Source of the DNA: Tubulanus polymorphus
Lineage: Eukaryota; Animalia; Nemertea
DNA: 64,000 nucleotides
Direction: 5' to 3'
NCBI RefSeq assembly: GCF_964204645.1
Contig: NC_134028.1
Location: 1,240,001-1,304,000, forward strand
Under the pieces are notes generated by a model, which did not search any database, had not been told where the DNA came from, and saw only the letters and a list, made by a program, of their open reading frames with translations. Below, one piece after another: positions 63,726 to 64,000 of the stretch. Position numbers and translations under genes: made by a program. Positions within the stretch are counted from its first letter, which is position 1. Every line of letters starts with the position of its first letter.

Positions 63726-64000
63726 ATGCAGCACGCAATGGTTTTCTGGTAATTAATGAGTAAATGGTATGCACTGATAGTTTTATACGTGCTGTTGTAT
63801 CTATATTGGATTCAATGTTCTCCACTGATAAGTGTCTCGACTCCGGGGGTGAGGGACACAGAACTAATCACAAATTGAAAGATGTACGGGTACATGTTTG
63901 TATAGGAGCTGTACGATGAAGATCTGTGGAACTGGGCTCCGCACGGGGATGACTACATCAAACCCTTTCATACTCGACTTTAGAGGATAAGATCTTTTTT

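Noticed and set aside
62688-63825. ORFs of 87-145 aa with repeated GKGSLVG and GGRRGWG motifs
   Set aside because: Translations of minisatellites.

Overview
Eukaryotic, intron-rich, AT-rich animal DNA; the gene set and repeat types suggest an invertebrate bilaterian, but the species cannot be identified from sequence. I reconstructed four protein-coding genes by hand from GT-AG boundaries and reading-frame phase: an intronless PLAC8/cornifelin-family gene (+, 14405-14734), an hnRNP F/H (glorund-like) gene (+, 9 coding exons, about 485 aa), TMEM94/ERMA (-, 28 exons, about 1352 aa) and the 3' about 1970 codons of DLG5 (-, 24 exons, 5' end outside the window). The first 14 kb is non-coding and holds SINE/LINE/MITE relics and candidate non-coding exons. 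The strongest leads are RNA-regulatory: (1) a G-run-flanked 139-nt hnRNP F/H exon whose skipping creates an NMD-type stop, as in vertebrate HNRNPH1 autoregulation, plus a duplicated start exon turned into a uORF; (2) a 21-nt in-frame microexon in TMEM94; (3) an internal DLG5 first exon plus a 13-nt microexon that together restore frame; (4) a 76-bp B-box/palindrome array between DLG5 and the TMEM94 promoter; (5) a Pol III-like hairpin RNA candidate; (6) a 250-bp foldback and a MITE-TIR array in the DLG5 transcript. All coordinates are hand-counted and none is verified by transcript data.
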